Positions 42,937 to 52,081 of a stretch of DNA of 64,000 nucleotides are shown one piece after another; position 1 is the first letter of the stretch, and each line of letters begins with the position of its first letter. The notes under the pieces are model-generated. The model did no database searches. It was given only the letters and a program-made list of their open reading frames with translations, and had not been told where the DNA came from. A program made the translations under genes and the position numbers. Source of the DNA: Gemmataceae bacterium (GTDB taxonomy: Bacteria > Planctomycetota > Planctomycetia > Gemmatales > Gemmataceae); assembly GCA_035653735.1 (NCBI GenBank), contig DASRBG010000052.1, forward strand, positions 4,990 to 68,989. Reading direction: 5' to 3'.

Positions 42937-44130
42937 GTGTTTGGCTCGATCCTGCAACGGATGATCCTATGGGAACTCACCAAAGTGTTCCTCATGTCAC
43001 TGGTAGGGATCACCGGCATCCTGCTCATGGCCGGCATCATCGCCGAGGCGTCGCAGCAAGGTCTCGGCCCGGCGCAGATTCTGGCCGCCATCCCCCTTCT
43101 TGTGCCCAGCACGTTGCCTTACACCATCCCAGCTACTACGCTGTTCGCTACCTGCGTCGTCTACGGACGATTGGCCGCCGACAATGAAATCCTTGCGATC
43201 AAATCCGCCGGCATCAACGCCATCCGCGTGGTCCGTCCCGGCATTTTTCTCGGCCTGGCCATGAGCACCGCCACCATGGGTTTGTACTACCGCATCATCC
43301 CCTACACGCACCACCTGCTCCGCGCCATGGTCTTCAATGACGCTCAGGAACTCTTGTATTCCCTGCTGAAAAAACACCATGAAATCAAACAGAACTCTTT
43401 TCCCTACCAGATCTTCGTTAAGGGAGTAAGAGACAGGAAGTTGATCGAACCGATCTTCAAGCGCAAGGACGCGCATGGGGCGATTGACTGGGTGGCTCAT
43501 GCCCGCGAGGCCGAGCTACAAGTGAGGCCCTCCCAGGGCCAGGTGGATGTGCTGGTGAAGCATTGCGTTGTATGGGGCGAAAACGACTCCAGCGGCATCT
43601 TGGAGGACAAACCGCTTACCGTCGAGCTGCCCAAAGATTTTGGCAAATTGAACGAACGCCGGCCGCGCGATCTGACCTGGCAAGAGATTCTCGATCGCCG
43701 CGTCGAGTTAGAAAAGAAGATCGAGGAAATACAAGCAAAGACTTCCGTGGATACGGCACGCTTGCTGCTTATCCAAGCGCCGGAGAACCTTCCTCTCTTT
43801 TTGAAATCCTGCAAGGATCAGATGGACAAAGCTCAACAAGAAATCGTCGCACTGAATGTCGAATTGCAGATGCGCCCGGCGCTTAGCTTGGGCTGTCTGT
43901 TCTTCATTCTGGTTGGCTGTCCGGTCGGCATTTGGTTTAGCCGCAGCGATTACCTCAGCGCCTTCATCACGTGTTTCTTGCCGATCGTGTTCATTTACTA
44001 TCCGTTGATGCTTTGCGGCACCGGCATGGCCAAGGAAGGACGCTACAACATGATCCCGCTCGTCTGGGGCGCGGACGCGGTCGTCGGCGTGATGGGCGTG
44101 GTGTTGTTCTGGCGATTACTGAGGAATTAA
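42937..44130 (+). CDS. LptF/LptG family permease (YjgP/YjgQ)
   Basis: ILQRMILWELTKVFLMSLVGITGILLMAGIIAE... is the typical LptF/G N-terminus. Three N-terminal and three C-terminal helices flank a periplasmic domain. The GTG at 42937 lies 5 nt after GGAGG; the ORF opens at 42913. Confidence 0.85.
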   Translation: MFGSILQRMILWELTKVFLMSLVGITGILLMAGIIAEASQQGLGPAQILAAIPLLVPSTLPYTIPATTLFATCVVYGRLAADNEILAIKSAGINAIRVVRPGIFLGLAMSTATMGLYYRIIPYTHHLLRAMVFNDAQELLYSLLKKHHEIKQNSFPYQIFVKGVRDRKLIEPIFKRKDAHGAIDWVAHAREAELQVRPSQGQVDVLVKHCVVWGENDSSGILEDKPLTVELPKDFGKLNERRPRDLTWQEILDRRVELEKKIEEIQAKTSVDTARLLLIQAPENLPLFLKSCKDQMDKAQQEIVALNVELQMRPALSLGCLFFILVGCPVGIWFSRSDYLSAFITCFLPIVFIYYPLMLCGTGMAKEGRYNMIPLVWGADAVVGVMGVVLFWRLLRN

Positions 44131-44132
44131 CC

Positions 44133-44215
44133 ACGAAAAAGGACAAAAGGGACTAAAAGGACCAAAAAGAATGGTCTTCTTTTTGGTCCTTTTAGTCCCT
44201 TTTGTCCTTTTTCGT
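44133..44215. repeat. 39-bp perfect palindrome (family H)
   Basis: 44133..44171 (ACGAAAAAGGACAAAAGGGACTAAAAGGACCAAAAAGAA) pairs perfectly with 44177..44215 around a 5-nt loop. It lies between the convergent stops of lptF/G (44130) and the sigma factor gene (44224). Confidence 0.9.
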
Positions 44216-44223
44216 CGTTTCTT

Positions 44224-45828
44224 CTATTCCGTCTCGGCGAATTCGGCGAGGCGTTGACTGCGGAGCGGCTGACGCAGCTTGAGCAAACCGCGCGCTTCGA
44301 TCTGGCGGATGCGTTCGCGCGTGATTCCGTATGCTCGTGCCACTTCCTCTAGCGTTCGCGGCTGGCCGTCGCGCAAACCGAAGCGCAACTCGATCACTTC
44401 GCGTTCCCGCGGCGTCAGCGAACGCAATACCTCGGCGATACGCTCGCGCAGCAAATGCTGATCGACCTGCTGGCCGGGATTGGCAGCGTCGGGGTCATCG
44501 AGGAAATCTTCCAAAGCGCGTTCGCCATCGCCGCCGAGCGGTTCGTGCAAGCTAACCGGATGCCGCGATACGACGCGGAGCGATTGCGTCTCTTCGGGCG
44601 TCACGCCGAGGACGGCGGCGATCTCTTCCACGGTCGGCTCGCGGCCCTGCTGGATGGATAGTTCGCCGCGCACCCGCTCGACCGCCGCCAGCGTGCCGAC
44701 TTGATGGCAAGGCACACGGATCGTGCGAGCGTGGTCGGCCAGGGCGCGAGTGATGCCCTGACGAATCCACCAGGTCGCGTAGGTGCCGAACTTGTATCCC
44801 AGTCGATGCTCGTACTTATCCACCGCCCGCATGAGGCCGCGATTGCCTTCCTGAATGAGATCCGAGAACGGCAGGCCGCGGCTGCGATAGCGTTTGGCGA
44901 TCGACACGACCAGACGCAAGTTACCTTCAGCCAATTCGCGTCGCGCTTTTTGATATTCAATCCGGCGATGTTCCAGCACCCGCACCAGCTTGGCGAGATC
45001 CTCGGAGGAGGAACGCACTTCGTGAGTGAGGTCGCGCAGCTGCTTGGCCGCCTTGGTACGGCGTTCGCGGTCGGCGGACGAGCGATGGCCGGCGTCCTTC
45101 TCCCGTTCCAGCTGAGCCATCTGCCGGGAAAAAGCTCGCAGCTCATCGACCCAGCGATCAAGGAGATCGATGCGCGGCGACAATTCCTCCGCCAGACGCA
45201 CGGACTTGCGGAGTCGCCGCCAGAGATCGCGTCGCGTTCGCTGGTGGCTGACCGAAGAGCCCGCCCGTAGATGGCGGAAGTCGGTGTCGGCAGCGTCGAT
45301 GAGTTTTCGCAGCGTTCGCAGGTTGTGGGGCATGCGCTGCAAGATGCGTTCACGGCTTAGCCCCAGGGTCGTCACCACGTCGATGGTGGGATCGAGGGCC
45401 AGCTGGCCGGCGCGAACGCGCTCGAAGGTGTCCACGATGCAGCCCAAGGTGCGCCAGTTCATCATGGCAGCGTGGCGATAACGGCGGCGTTTTAGCTCCA
45501 GCCGTTCGGCCAAGGCCAATTCCTGATCGCGACTCAAGAGTGGGATTGCGCCCATCTGCCGGAGATAGAGTCCGAGGGCGTCATCCGGCGCGTGCGCATC
45601 TTCTTCCTCTAGTTCGTTAGCGGCCGCCGTTTCTTCAGCGGCCGCCTCCTCTAACTCCTCGGCATCTTCCGCGGGGAAGGAATCGTCCGGAAGTTCGCTC
45701 CACGGCGTCTCGCGCCGCGCGGGGATCTCCTCCGCCTCGGCTTCGTGCACAAGGGGTTCGGGTACGGCCAACGCCGGCTCGGAAGCCGCGTTTTTACCTG
45801 TCCGCTTGGTTGTCCGTCTCATGACCAT
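44224..45828 (-). CDS. rpoD: primary-type sigma-70 factor (RpoD/SigA-like)
   Basis: 534 aa with an acidic N-terminal region. [21 protein letters not shown] (region 1.2), [60 protein letters not shown] (region 2), [28 protein letters not shown] (region 4.2). Confidence 0.9.
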   Translation of the reverse strand: MVMRRTTKRTGKNAASEPALAVPEPLVHEAEAEEIPARRETPWSELPDDSFPAEDAEELEEAAAEETAAANELEEEDAHAPDDALGLYLRQMGAIPLLSRDQELALAERLELKRRRYRHAAMMNWRTLGCIVDTFERVRAGQLALDPTIDVVTTLGLSRERILQRMPHNLRTLRKLIDAADTDFRHLRAGSSVSHQRTRRDLWRRLRKSVRLAEELSPRIDLLDRWVDELRAFSRQMAQLEREKDAGHRSSADRERRTKAAKQLRDLTHEVRSSSEDLAKLVRVLEHRRIEYQKARRELAEGNLRLVVSIAKRYRSRGLPFSDLIQEGNRGLMRAVDKYEHRLGYKFGTYATWWIRQGITRALADHARTIRVPCHQVGTLAAVERVRGELSIQQGREPTVEEIAAVLGVTPEETQSLRVVSRHPVSLHEPLGGDGERALEDFLDDPDAANPGQQVDQHLLRERIAEVLRSLTPREREVIELRFGLRDGQPRTLEEVARAYGITRERIRQIEARGLLKLRQPLRSQRLAEFAETE

Positions 45829-46765
45829 GACTCTGTCCTGTAGAGGCCATCCCGTTCCTTCCTAGCTCGGGGGATGTTTAAATACGATTGCCGCCGGATC
45901 GACCGCAATCCGGCCCCCGACGGCAGAAGAGAGCATATAGTGTTCCACTCCCGACAATAAGCATGAAGCCGCTGGCGGCTTCGGAGACGCCCCATAGCTG
46001 GGAAAGCGATCCTGCTATGTTATAGATCTACGCCGTCCCACCAAGAGGGCAGTTCGCCACTTTCTCCGCCTCGTCGAGGACCGAACAAATGGATACTCGG
46101 AATAGCGCCGGGAGGGTTGCGACCTGATTGCGGCCAATGCTCCTACAAACCATTCTACGCAAAACAAGTCCGGCGAGTTTCGTTATCAACGAAAAAAAAT
46201 TCACAAAATCCTCAAGAAGACGCCCTGCTCCGTCGTCAAGGTCCGCAACGCCCGCCTGTTTGACGCCCCTCGTGCCTATCCTGTTCCCAGTTCTCGGATT
46301 GAGCGACTCCCCGGAACCCGAACGCCTGTTGATACGTTTATTCTAGCTCAGTTCCAGCCGCTAGTTGCTGTTTTCGTTCCATTATTGTCCGGCATGAACT
46401 TCCCCCTGCCTGAGGGAGGAAGAAGTGGGCGATAATGCACAGGCTGTAGCGGGAAGACCCATAGAGAACAAATTATCACTATTGGAAGATCGCTGATCGT
46501 ATGTACCGCTCGCTGAAGGACCGCGGCACAACATTTGCTCCCCCTCCTTTCGTTCTTTCGCCCTATGGAGCGACGTTCGATTGTTGCGCCAAAGTGTCGG
46601 TATGAATTGCGGATTCGCTCGATTTCACTTGCTCGGTGGGAAGTGAAATGCGATGATACCTTAGGCAAAACACACTACGATATACGTTTGGGTTGAACTC
46701 GTAGAATGGGCGAAGGAAGGGGCCGCACCGATCGACATTCACTCTGACAGCTTGGGGAGGTTGCC

Positions 46766-48109
46766 ATGTACATCCCGCTGCGAAGGTTTCTCGGAATCGT
46801 TTTAGCCGTCGTGGGCCTCTTTGGCCCGCTGACCGCGGAGGGTCAGGCTCAGATTCGGCCTCCCGGCTTGGGCTTGAGCCTTAATCCCTACGTCAACCCG
46901 TTTATGGCCAGCGCGCTGGTTGGACCGCAGAACGTTCTTGCCGCGTCCGGCATGACACATCCTCTCGCTGCTCTGGCGGGGGCTGGTTGGGGATGGAATT
47001 CCGGATTGCGCTTCGGCGGCCTCGCCGGTATGAATAATGGGATCATGGCCGCGAACAATGCGCTGGGTTATGGCAACCTCTGGAATGGAGGCTTTGGACC
47101 CGGGATGGGCGCCTTCGGCGGCGGGCTTGCGAATAACCTGTTGGCCGGCGCCGCTATGGGTGCCGGTTATGGCTACGGCTTTGGTTTGGGAAACACGCAA
47201 TGGATGATGAACCCCTATCAAGGATATCTCCAAGGTGCGGCTGACATCACCCGATCCCAGGCCGAGTATTATCAGACCATCCAACAGGCGAAGCTGACCC
47301 GTCAGGAAGCAATCCGTTCCTCCCTGGAGACGCGGCGGGCCATGATCGAGGAGGCCGAATGGGAACGGGCCCACATGCCTGACCCGGAGAAGATTCGCCA
47401 GGAAGCCATCCAACGCGAACTTACCCGCGCCCGCGTCAGCCCGCCGCTCAACGATGTTTGGTCCGCCCGCGCCCTGAACGCGCTGCTCCGCCATCTCATT
47501 ACGCTGCAAGGTGATGGCGTGCGCGGCCCCCGGATTCCGCTCAACGAGGACATCGTCAATCACGTCAACGTCAAGCCCGGTGATTCCGCCGGCAATGTTG
47601 GCATGCTCAAGAAAGAGGGCGATCTGGAGTGGCCGGAGCCGCTTCTCGGCGGGGCCTTTAAGGAAGGCCGCGAACGCATCAATTCTTTGATGCACACGGC
47701 CCACCGGAGCGTGGCTGCCGGCAAAAATCCTGACGCCGCCACACTGAACGACTTGCAGAGCAAATTCCGCGAACTGCGCGATACGCTCGACAACAACGTG
47801 TCCGAGCTGAAGCCCGATGAATACATCGAGGCGAAGAACTTTTTGCGTCAAATTGGAAACACCATCACGGCGTTGAAGGATCCAAGCATCGGCAAACAAT
47901 TCAACGACGATTTGAAGCCGAAGGCCACGAGCGTCCACGATTTGGTGAAGCACATGCGCGAGAAGGGGCTGATTTTCGCGCCGGCCGTGACGGACCAGGA
48001 TCAGGCGGCGTATGTCTCGCTCTATCACGCCCTCGCCGCTTTCGATGCCGGCATGGAACGGAACGCCAGCGGCAGCCGAGGGAACCTGGAAAACGCCGAC
48101 AACAAGTAA
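46766..48109 (+). CDS. secreted hypothetical protein with Gly/aromatic-rich N-terminal region
   Basis: 447-aa ORF with a signal peptide (FLGIVLAVVGLFGPLTAEGQA). A low-complexity GxGxG/GYGYGFGLG region is followed by a helical, charged C-terminal domain. The antisense ORF 46802..48028 looks like a shadow. Confidence 0.65.
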   Translation: MYIPLRRFLGIVLAVVGLFGPLTAEGQAQIRPPGLGLSLNPYVNPFMASALVGPQNVLAASGMTHPLAALAGAGWGWNSGLRFGGLAGMNNGIMAANNALGYGNLWNGGFGPGMGAFGGGLANNLLAGAAMGAGYGYGFGLGNTQWMMNPYQGYLQGAADITRSQAEYYQTIQQAKLTRQEAIRSSLETRRAMIEEAEWERAHMPDPEKIRQEAIQRELTRARVSPPLNDVWSARALNALLRHLITLQGDGVRGPRIPLNEDIVNHVNVKPGDSAGNVGMLKKEGDLEWPEPLLGGAFKEGRERINSLMHTAHRSVAAGKNPDAATLNDLQSKFRELRDTLDNNVSELKPDEYIEAKNFLRQIGNTITALKDPSIGKQFNDDLKPKATSVHDLVKHMREKGLIFAPAVTDQDQAAYVSLYHALAAFDAGMERNASGSRGNLENADNK

Positions 48110-48126
48110 AAAAGAAGCGAGCTATA

Positions 48127-48197
48127 CCGAAGTGCCGGAGCGCGGGCATCTCGCTCGCAGACCAGGCGGGCGAGACGCCCGCGCTCCGGCACTTCGG
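48127..48197. repeat. palindromic element family I, copy 1
   Basis: 21-bp perfect stem (48127..48147 / 48177..48197) with a 29-nt loop. Each arm carries the 23-24-nt unit CGGAGCGCGGGC(G/A)TCTCGC(C/T)CGC, which is itself a mini-hairpin. It lies between the convergent stops at 48109 and 48218. Confidence 0.9.
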
Positions 48198-48217
48198 GCT
48201 AATCTTGACCTATTGGT

Positions 48218-48991
48218 TCAGCGTTGTCGGTAGCGATCCAACGCGCTCTTGCAGTAAGACAGCAACAAGCCCAGATCGATCAATTCCTCTTCAACGCGGT
48301 CGGCGCTTTCCGGATCGCCAAGATCGATTTGCAAGGACCGCGCTGCCTCAAGCACCAACATCTCACCGAATAGTTCCCGTCCGCGATGGGCCAGCTGGCG
48401 AACGCCGTCTGCCGTGAACGGACGGCCCAATTGTGCGGACAGTAATTCCGCCATTTGTGCCGAGCGCAGGTCTGGATGCTGCTCCTGCAAACGCAGCAAA
48501 CAGGTATAGGGCCGGCCGCTCTTTTTCTCGTTTTCCTCCAACCGCTGCCAGGCCCAGTTAATCAGCTCCTGCCGCCAACACTGCAAAAATCGCGCGTCCT
48601 CCTCGGTCTCTGCCGGATCGATTTTCGCCGCTTCACTGCGCGAGGCCAGAGCTTCGCGTTGCTTGTTTTCGCGCTGTTGCGCACGGTGGTGGTCGGCAAC
48701 CATGTGCCGCAAAACCGTCTTGAGATAATCACGAAACCGGCCGCGCCGCGGGTCGGCCCGTTGGAGAAAGCGATCGACTTCCAGAACGCGCACGGCGAAG
48801 TTGCTGTAGACCTGCCCGGCGGCGTGTTCATCGCGTAGCTCGGCCCGCAGATAGCGCAGCACCGCCTCATGATAGCGCAACAATAGAGCGCTTCGCGCCG
48901 CCGCGGCCACATCGCCCTCCTGCTGCGCGGCGCGAAAAATCACCGACCATTGCGTCGCCATATTAGCCAGATCGATCTCTTCCATACTCAA
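48218..48991 (-). CDS. sigma-70 family (ECF-like) sigma factor
   Basis: 257 aa. MATQWSVIFRAAQQ...LLLRYHEAVLRYLRA...FRDYLKTVLRHMVADHHR resembles the N-terminal/region 2 organisation of ECF sigma factors that are often paired with Ser/Thr kinases in planctomycetes (from memory). The C-terminal region is less clear. Confidence 0.65.
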   Translation of the reverse strand: MSMEEIDLANMATQWSVIFRAAQQEGDVAAAARSALLLRYHEAVLRYLRAELRDEHAAGQVYSNFAVRVLEVDRFLQRADPRRGRFRDYLKTVLRHMVADHHRAQQRENKQREALASRSEAAKIDPAETEEDARFLQCWRQELINWAWQRLEENEKKSGRPYTCLLRLQEQHPDLRSAQMAELLSAQLGRPFTADGVRQLAHRGRELFGEMLVLEAARSLQIDLGDPESADRVEEELIDLGLLLSYCKSALDRYRQR

Positions 48992-49143
48992 CCTTCCCCA
49001 AGATTTTCCAACAATTATACCTACCCCTGTGGAACTCCTGCCTGGGATTTATCTCAAAATTACTCCATGAAATTATTTGACCCCGTCCCCACGAGCCAGG
49101 ATGATGAAGAATCACAACGGTAAAAGCATCGGGAGGGCATGTC

Positions 49144-50274
49144 ATGGCGAAGCAAAAAAGGTGTTGGATGGTGGGGGTCGCGGTCGTCGCAGCCGTCTTG
49201 ATCGCAGGCGTGGGAGCAGCTGCCGATAAAGCACCGCCCGCCAAATCCAAGGCGAAATCTGCTCCAGTGCTCAAGCCCGGCGATCCGACCGCACATGGCC
49301 TCCGCGAAGCCGACCTCGATGCACTGCGAAACATCCTCCAGAAAGCCGTGGACGACAAAACCGTCCCTGGTGTCGCCTTGCTGCTGGCTCACAAGAGCGA
49401 AATCATCTTTAAGGAAGCATTTGGCGACCTCAAGGTCGATCAGCCGGTCAAGTTGGCCTCCGACAGCAAACCCATCTCGGCAACCGTCGTAATGGTGGTC
49501 GTGGACCAGGGGAAGATGCGCCTCGATGATCCGCTGACGAAATTCGTGCCGGAGTTTAAGGGGACGAAAGTCGAAAAGGCGACCGTTCGCCAGTTGCTCT
49601 GTCACGGCGCCGGCATCGGCGACGAATTCTCCGGTGGTTGGCCGCGCGCCAACACGCTGGCCGAGTTCGCCGCCGCCGTGGCCACCCAGGGTTCGCTGCA
49701 AACGCCGGGCAAATACCGCTACAGCACCGTGGGAATCGACCTCGCCTGCCGCTGCGCTGAGAAGGCGGCAGGTCGGCCCTTTGAAGAGTTATTGCATGAA
49801 CGTCTGTGCGATCCTTTGGACATGAAACACACACGCTTCGAGTGGGGCGGCGATGCCAGGGCCGTACCGAAAGAAGCGCGCGACCGCGGCGAGGGCCGCT
49901 ACGTTAGCGGCGGAGGCGGTTTATCGGCCACGCTCGACGATATGGCCGTGTTTTATCAGATGCACCTCAACGGCGGCAGCTATGGCGACAAACAGATCCT
50001 CAGTCGCAAGTCGGCCACCGAAATGCACCGAATTCAATCGGCCGTCTCGCGCGGAGCCAGCTACGGACTGGGCTTCGTCCTGTTCGCCGAACCCACGCGG
50101 AGCGGTGTATCGTGGATTATCCGGCACGGCGGCGCGGCCGGCACATTTTGCTGGGCGGACCCGAACCGTCAACTGGTGGGCATTTTCTTCAGCCAAGCGG
50201 GGATGCCGAAGGCGGGTGCAACGCTGAAGGCGGTGCAGAAGAAGCTGTACGAAATCGTTCCGGCACAGCGTTAA
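49144..50274 (+). CDS. serine hydrolase, beta-lactamase/transpeptidase-like (class C-like)
   Basis: 376 aa with a signal-like N-terminus. The KLASDSKPISA segment carries SxxK. Overall beta-lactamase-family architecture (YSTVGIDL, HGGAAGTFCWADP). Confidence 0.85.
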   Translation: MAKQKRCWMVGVAVVAAVLIAGVGAAADKAPPAKSKAKSAPVLKPGDPTAHGLREADLDALRNILQKAVDDKTVPGVALLLAHKSEIIFKEAFGDLKVDQPVKLASDSKPISATVVMVVVDQGKMRLDDPLTKFVPEFKGTKVEKATVRQLLCHGAGIGDEFSGGWPRANTLAEFAAAVATQGSLQTPGKYRYSTVGIDLACRCAEKAAGRPFEELLHERLCDPLDMKHTRFEWGGDARAVPKEARDRGEGRYVSGGGGLSATLDDMAVFYQMHLNGGSYGDKQILSRKSATEMHRIQSAVSRGASYGLGFVLFAEPTRSGVSWIIRHGGAAGTFCWADPNRQLVGIFFSQAGMPKAGATLKAVQKKLYEIVPAQR

Positions 50275-50334
50275 TCCGACGATACTCCTTCGTGGAATCA
50301 AAGCTTTTCAGAATCAGTCAAGAGAGGCGCGGTC

Positions 50335-50937
50335 ATGCTCACCTGGCGTGTTTTCTTGACGGTCGTCGGAATGGCCTTCGGCGCGATCCTTGGTGTGTTC
50401 ATCGCTGAGCTCACGCAGTGGCTTGACGGCCTGCTTCTCCTCACTCTTGGCGGGGCGCTAGTGGGGGCCGCTTGCAGTTGGTCTATTTCAGCCATCATCT
50501 TGAAGGCAGTCGAAAGCTTCCGAGAAAAGTACCCGCCGGACGTTCCCTTTACCCCTCCACCGCGAAATGTGCTTCGGCTCGGATTGATGTTGGGTGTTGC
50601 GGAAGGAGTCGTCGTCGGCGCCACTTATGGTGGAATCCTAGCGGCTGTCTGCGGCGGGTTCTTGGGTATGAGCTTGGGTATGACGGCCGCGATGCTTTCC
50701 TGGAGACTTCGGCGTAATATGTCCTTGGTTCTGCTCGCACTCTTTTTGGGCTTTCTCATTGAGGTTGCCGCTTGTCTCTTCCTCGTATTTTTCATTAACA
50801 TATTAGCGAATATCCCCTTTTTGATGTACTTTTTCTGCGCAGAAGTCGTCTTTATTTTCTTGCTGCAGCTAGTGCATCGATATCGTCGATTCAGATCCAC
50901 TCGGCAGGACGAGGACTTCCGCACCGACGAAACGTAA
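50335..50937 (+). CDS. polytopic membrane protein, unknown function
   Basis: 200-aa ORF with about five hydrophobic helices and a charged C-terminal tail. Third codon positions are visibly more A/T-ending than in neighbouring genes. Confidence 0.6.
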   Translation: MLTWRVFLTVVGMAFGAILGVFIAELTQWLDGLLLLTLGGALVGAACSWSISAIILKAVESFREKYPPDVPFTPPPRNVLRLGLMLGVAEGVVVGATYGGILAAVCGGFLGMSLGMTAAMLSWRLRRNMSLVLLALFLGFLIEVAACLFLVFFINILANIPFLMYFFCAEVVFIFLLQLVHRYRRFRSTRQDEDFRTDET

Positions 50938-51077
50938 ATCCTTACTTTCGTTACAACTGCCATTGAAGAAAGGACTTAATTCCGTTATTCCTACTCAGAG
51001 GCTACAGGTCTCGTTAAGACTTTTTCGACGCCTTGAACCGTGCCCGTTGCGATGTGTCTTGATGGACGAGATGCGCA

Positions 51078-51431
51078 ATGGCCTCCTCCTCCCAACAACC
51101 CCCGCCGACACCTCAGACGACGATACATCGGGCGGAGAGGGCTTCCGGGCCTGACGGAGCGGTAGAGTGGGGAGACGAATTGACCATTGATGAGGCTATT
51201 CAAGAGCGAAAAAAAGGTTTGGACATCGTCGTGCGCGGGCCTGATCCGAAAAACAACCGCAGGAGAGCGAGGGAAATCGAATCCGGGGTCGGGACGCCGA
51301 TCACAGAAGATGCGCCTCACCCCAAAGCGGGACGAATGGCATTACCTCATTTTCATCAAGTCTCTCGTTCTCCCGACGGCCATTCCTTTTACGAAGGTTG
51401 CGGCCGTTGGGCGAGGAAGAAAAAGTCATGA
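51078..51431 (+). CDS. small hypothetical protein (possible orphan toxin-like module)
   Basis: 117-aa ORF. Its stop overlaps the next gene's start in ATGA (51428..51431). The C-terminal half carries LPHFHQ and GHSFYE segments. Codon usage is atypical and A/T-ending, and the N-terminal 30 aa are low complexity, so the start is uncertain. Confidence 0.4.
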   Translation: MASSSQQPPPTPQTTIHRAERASGPDGAVEWGDELTIDEAIQERKKGLDIVVRGPDPKNNRRRAREIESGVGTPITEDAPHPKAGRMALPHFHQVSRSPDGHSFYEGCGRWARKKKS

Positions 51432-51982
51432 AATACTTTACCCCCGATCTGCTCGCCCGTTTTCGATCGCTCGACGACGCGGTAGCTGAGGCCGCGAGCG
51501 TGGAATGGCAACATCAGTGCGAGGCGTACACCAAGCACTTGAAAGAAATCCGCCTGGATCTTTCTTCGGGAGCGCGGCGAGTGTTGCGGCGGTATCAATT
51601 TCATGACGCGAAAGTGCTAACGATAGCTTCGGATGATGTCCCGCACTTCTCCTTTTTCCTTGAAATCGATGCCCCAACAGCACAAGAGGGTAAGAATCGC
51701 CTTGAATTGAGGTATCGGCTAGTCGGCGGAGTTGGCAAAGGTTATGAGATGATAGAACACAATGAGTTAGCTGCTGACGGAAAGCCCTATGGATGGTGGC
51801 TATACGACGAGTTTGATGTCAGCAAAGGCGACGTTCCAGCGATGACGCATTCCATCCTTTTCACTGGCGGCAGGGAAATTCGACTGACGTTCTTTAGCGT
51901 CAGTTGCAGGCGATTAGACTTTTTCTCTCTCCCCGCCGATCGGCCCCCTTTGCTGGAATTGAATCCTAGCGCGGCAGGTTAA
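51428..51982 (+). CDS. MKYFT-start hypothetical protein (DUF4085-like, from memory)
   Basis: The ATG at 51428 gives MKYFTPDLLARFRSLDDAVAEAASVEWQHQCEAYTKHLKEI... This N-terminus resembles a widespread uncharacterised family I recall as DUF4085. The ORF opens 30 nt upstream at 51398. Confidence 0.6.
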   Translation: MKYFTPDLLARFRSLDDAVAEAASVEWQHQCEAYTKHLKEIRLDLSSGARRVLRRYQFHDAKVLTIASDDVPHFSFFLEIDAPTAQEGKNRLELRYRLVGGVGKGYEMIEHNELAADGKPYGWWLYDEFDVSKGDVPAMTHSILFTGGREIRLTFFSVSCRRLDFFSLPADRPPLLELNPSAAG

Positions 51983-52081
51983 TGCTTGCTTTTGCCTGCC
52001 GACGCCGCGATTCCGCCATTGATAGCTGCCAAAGCTTGGCGGCAGGGGGTTCGACGGGGTAGCGCAATCGATGAACTCCCG

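Noticed and set aside
46128-46668. ORFs 46128..46346 (+) and 46348..46668 (-) in the long rpoD-upstream region.
   Set aside because: There is no RBS, the amino-acid composition is odd (Ser/Arg/Pro-rich), codon usage is not G/C3-biased, and no motifs are present. I treated the region as non-coding.
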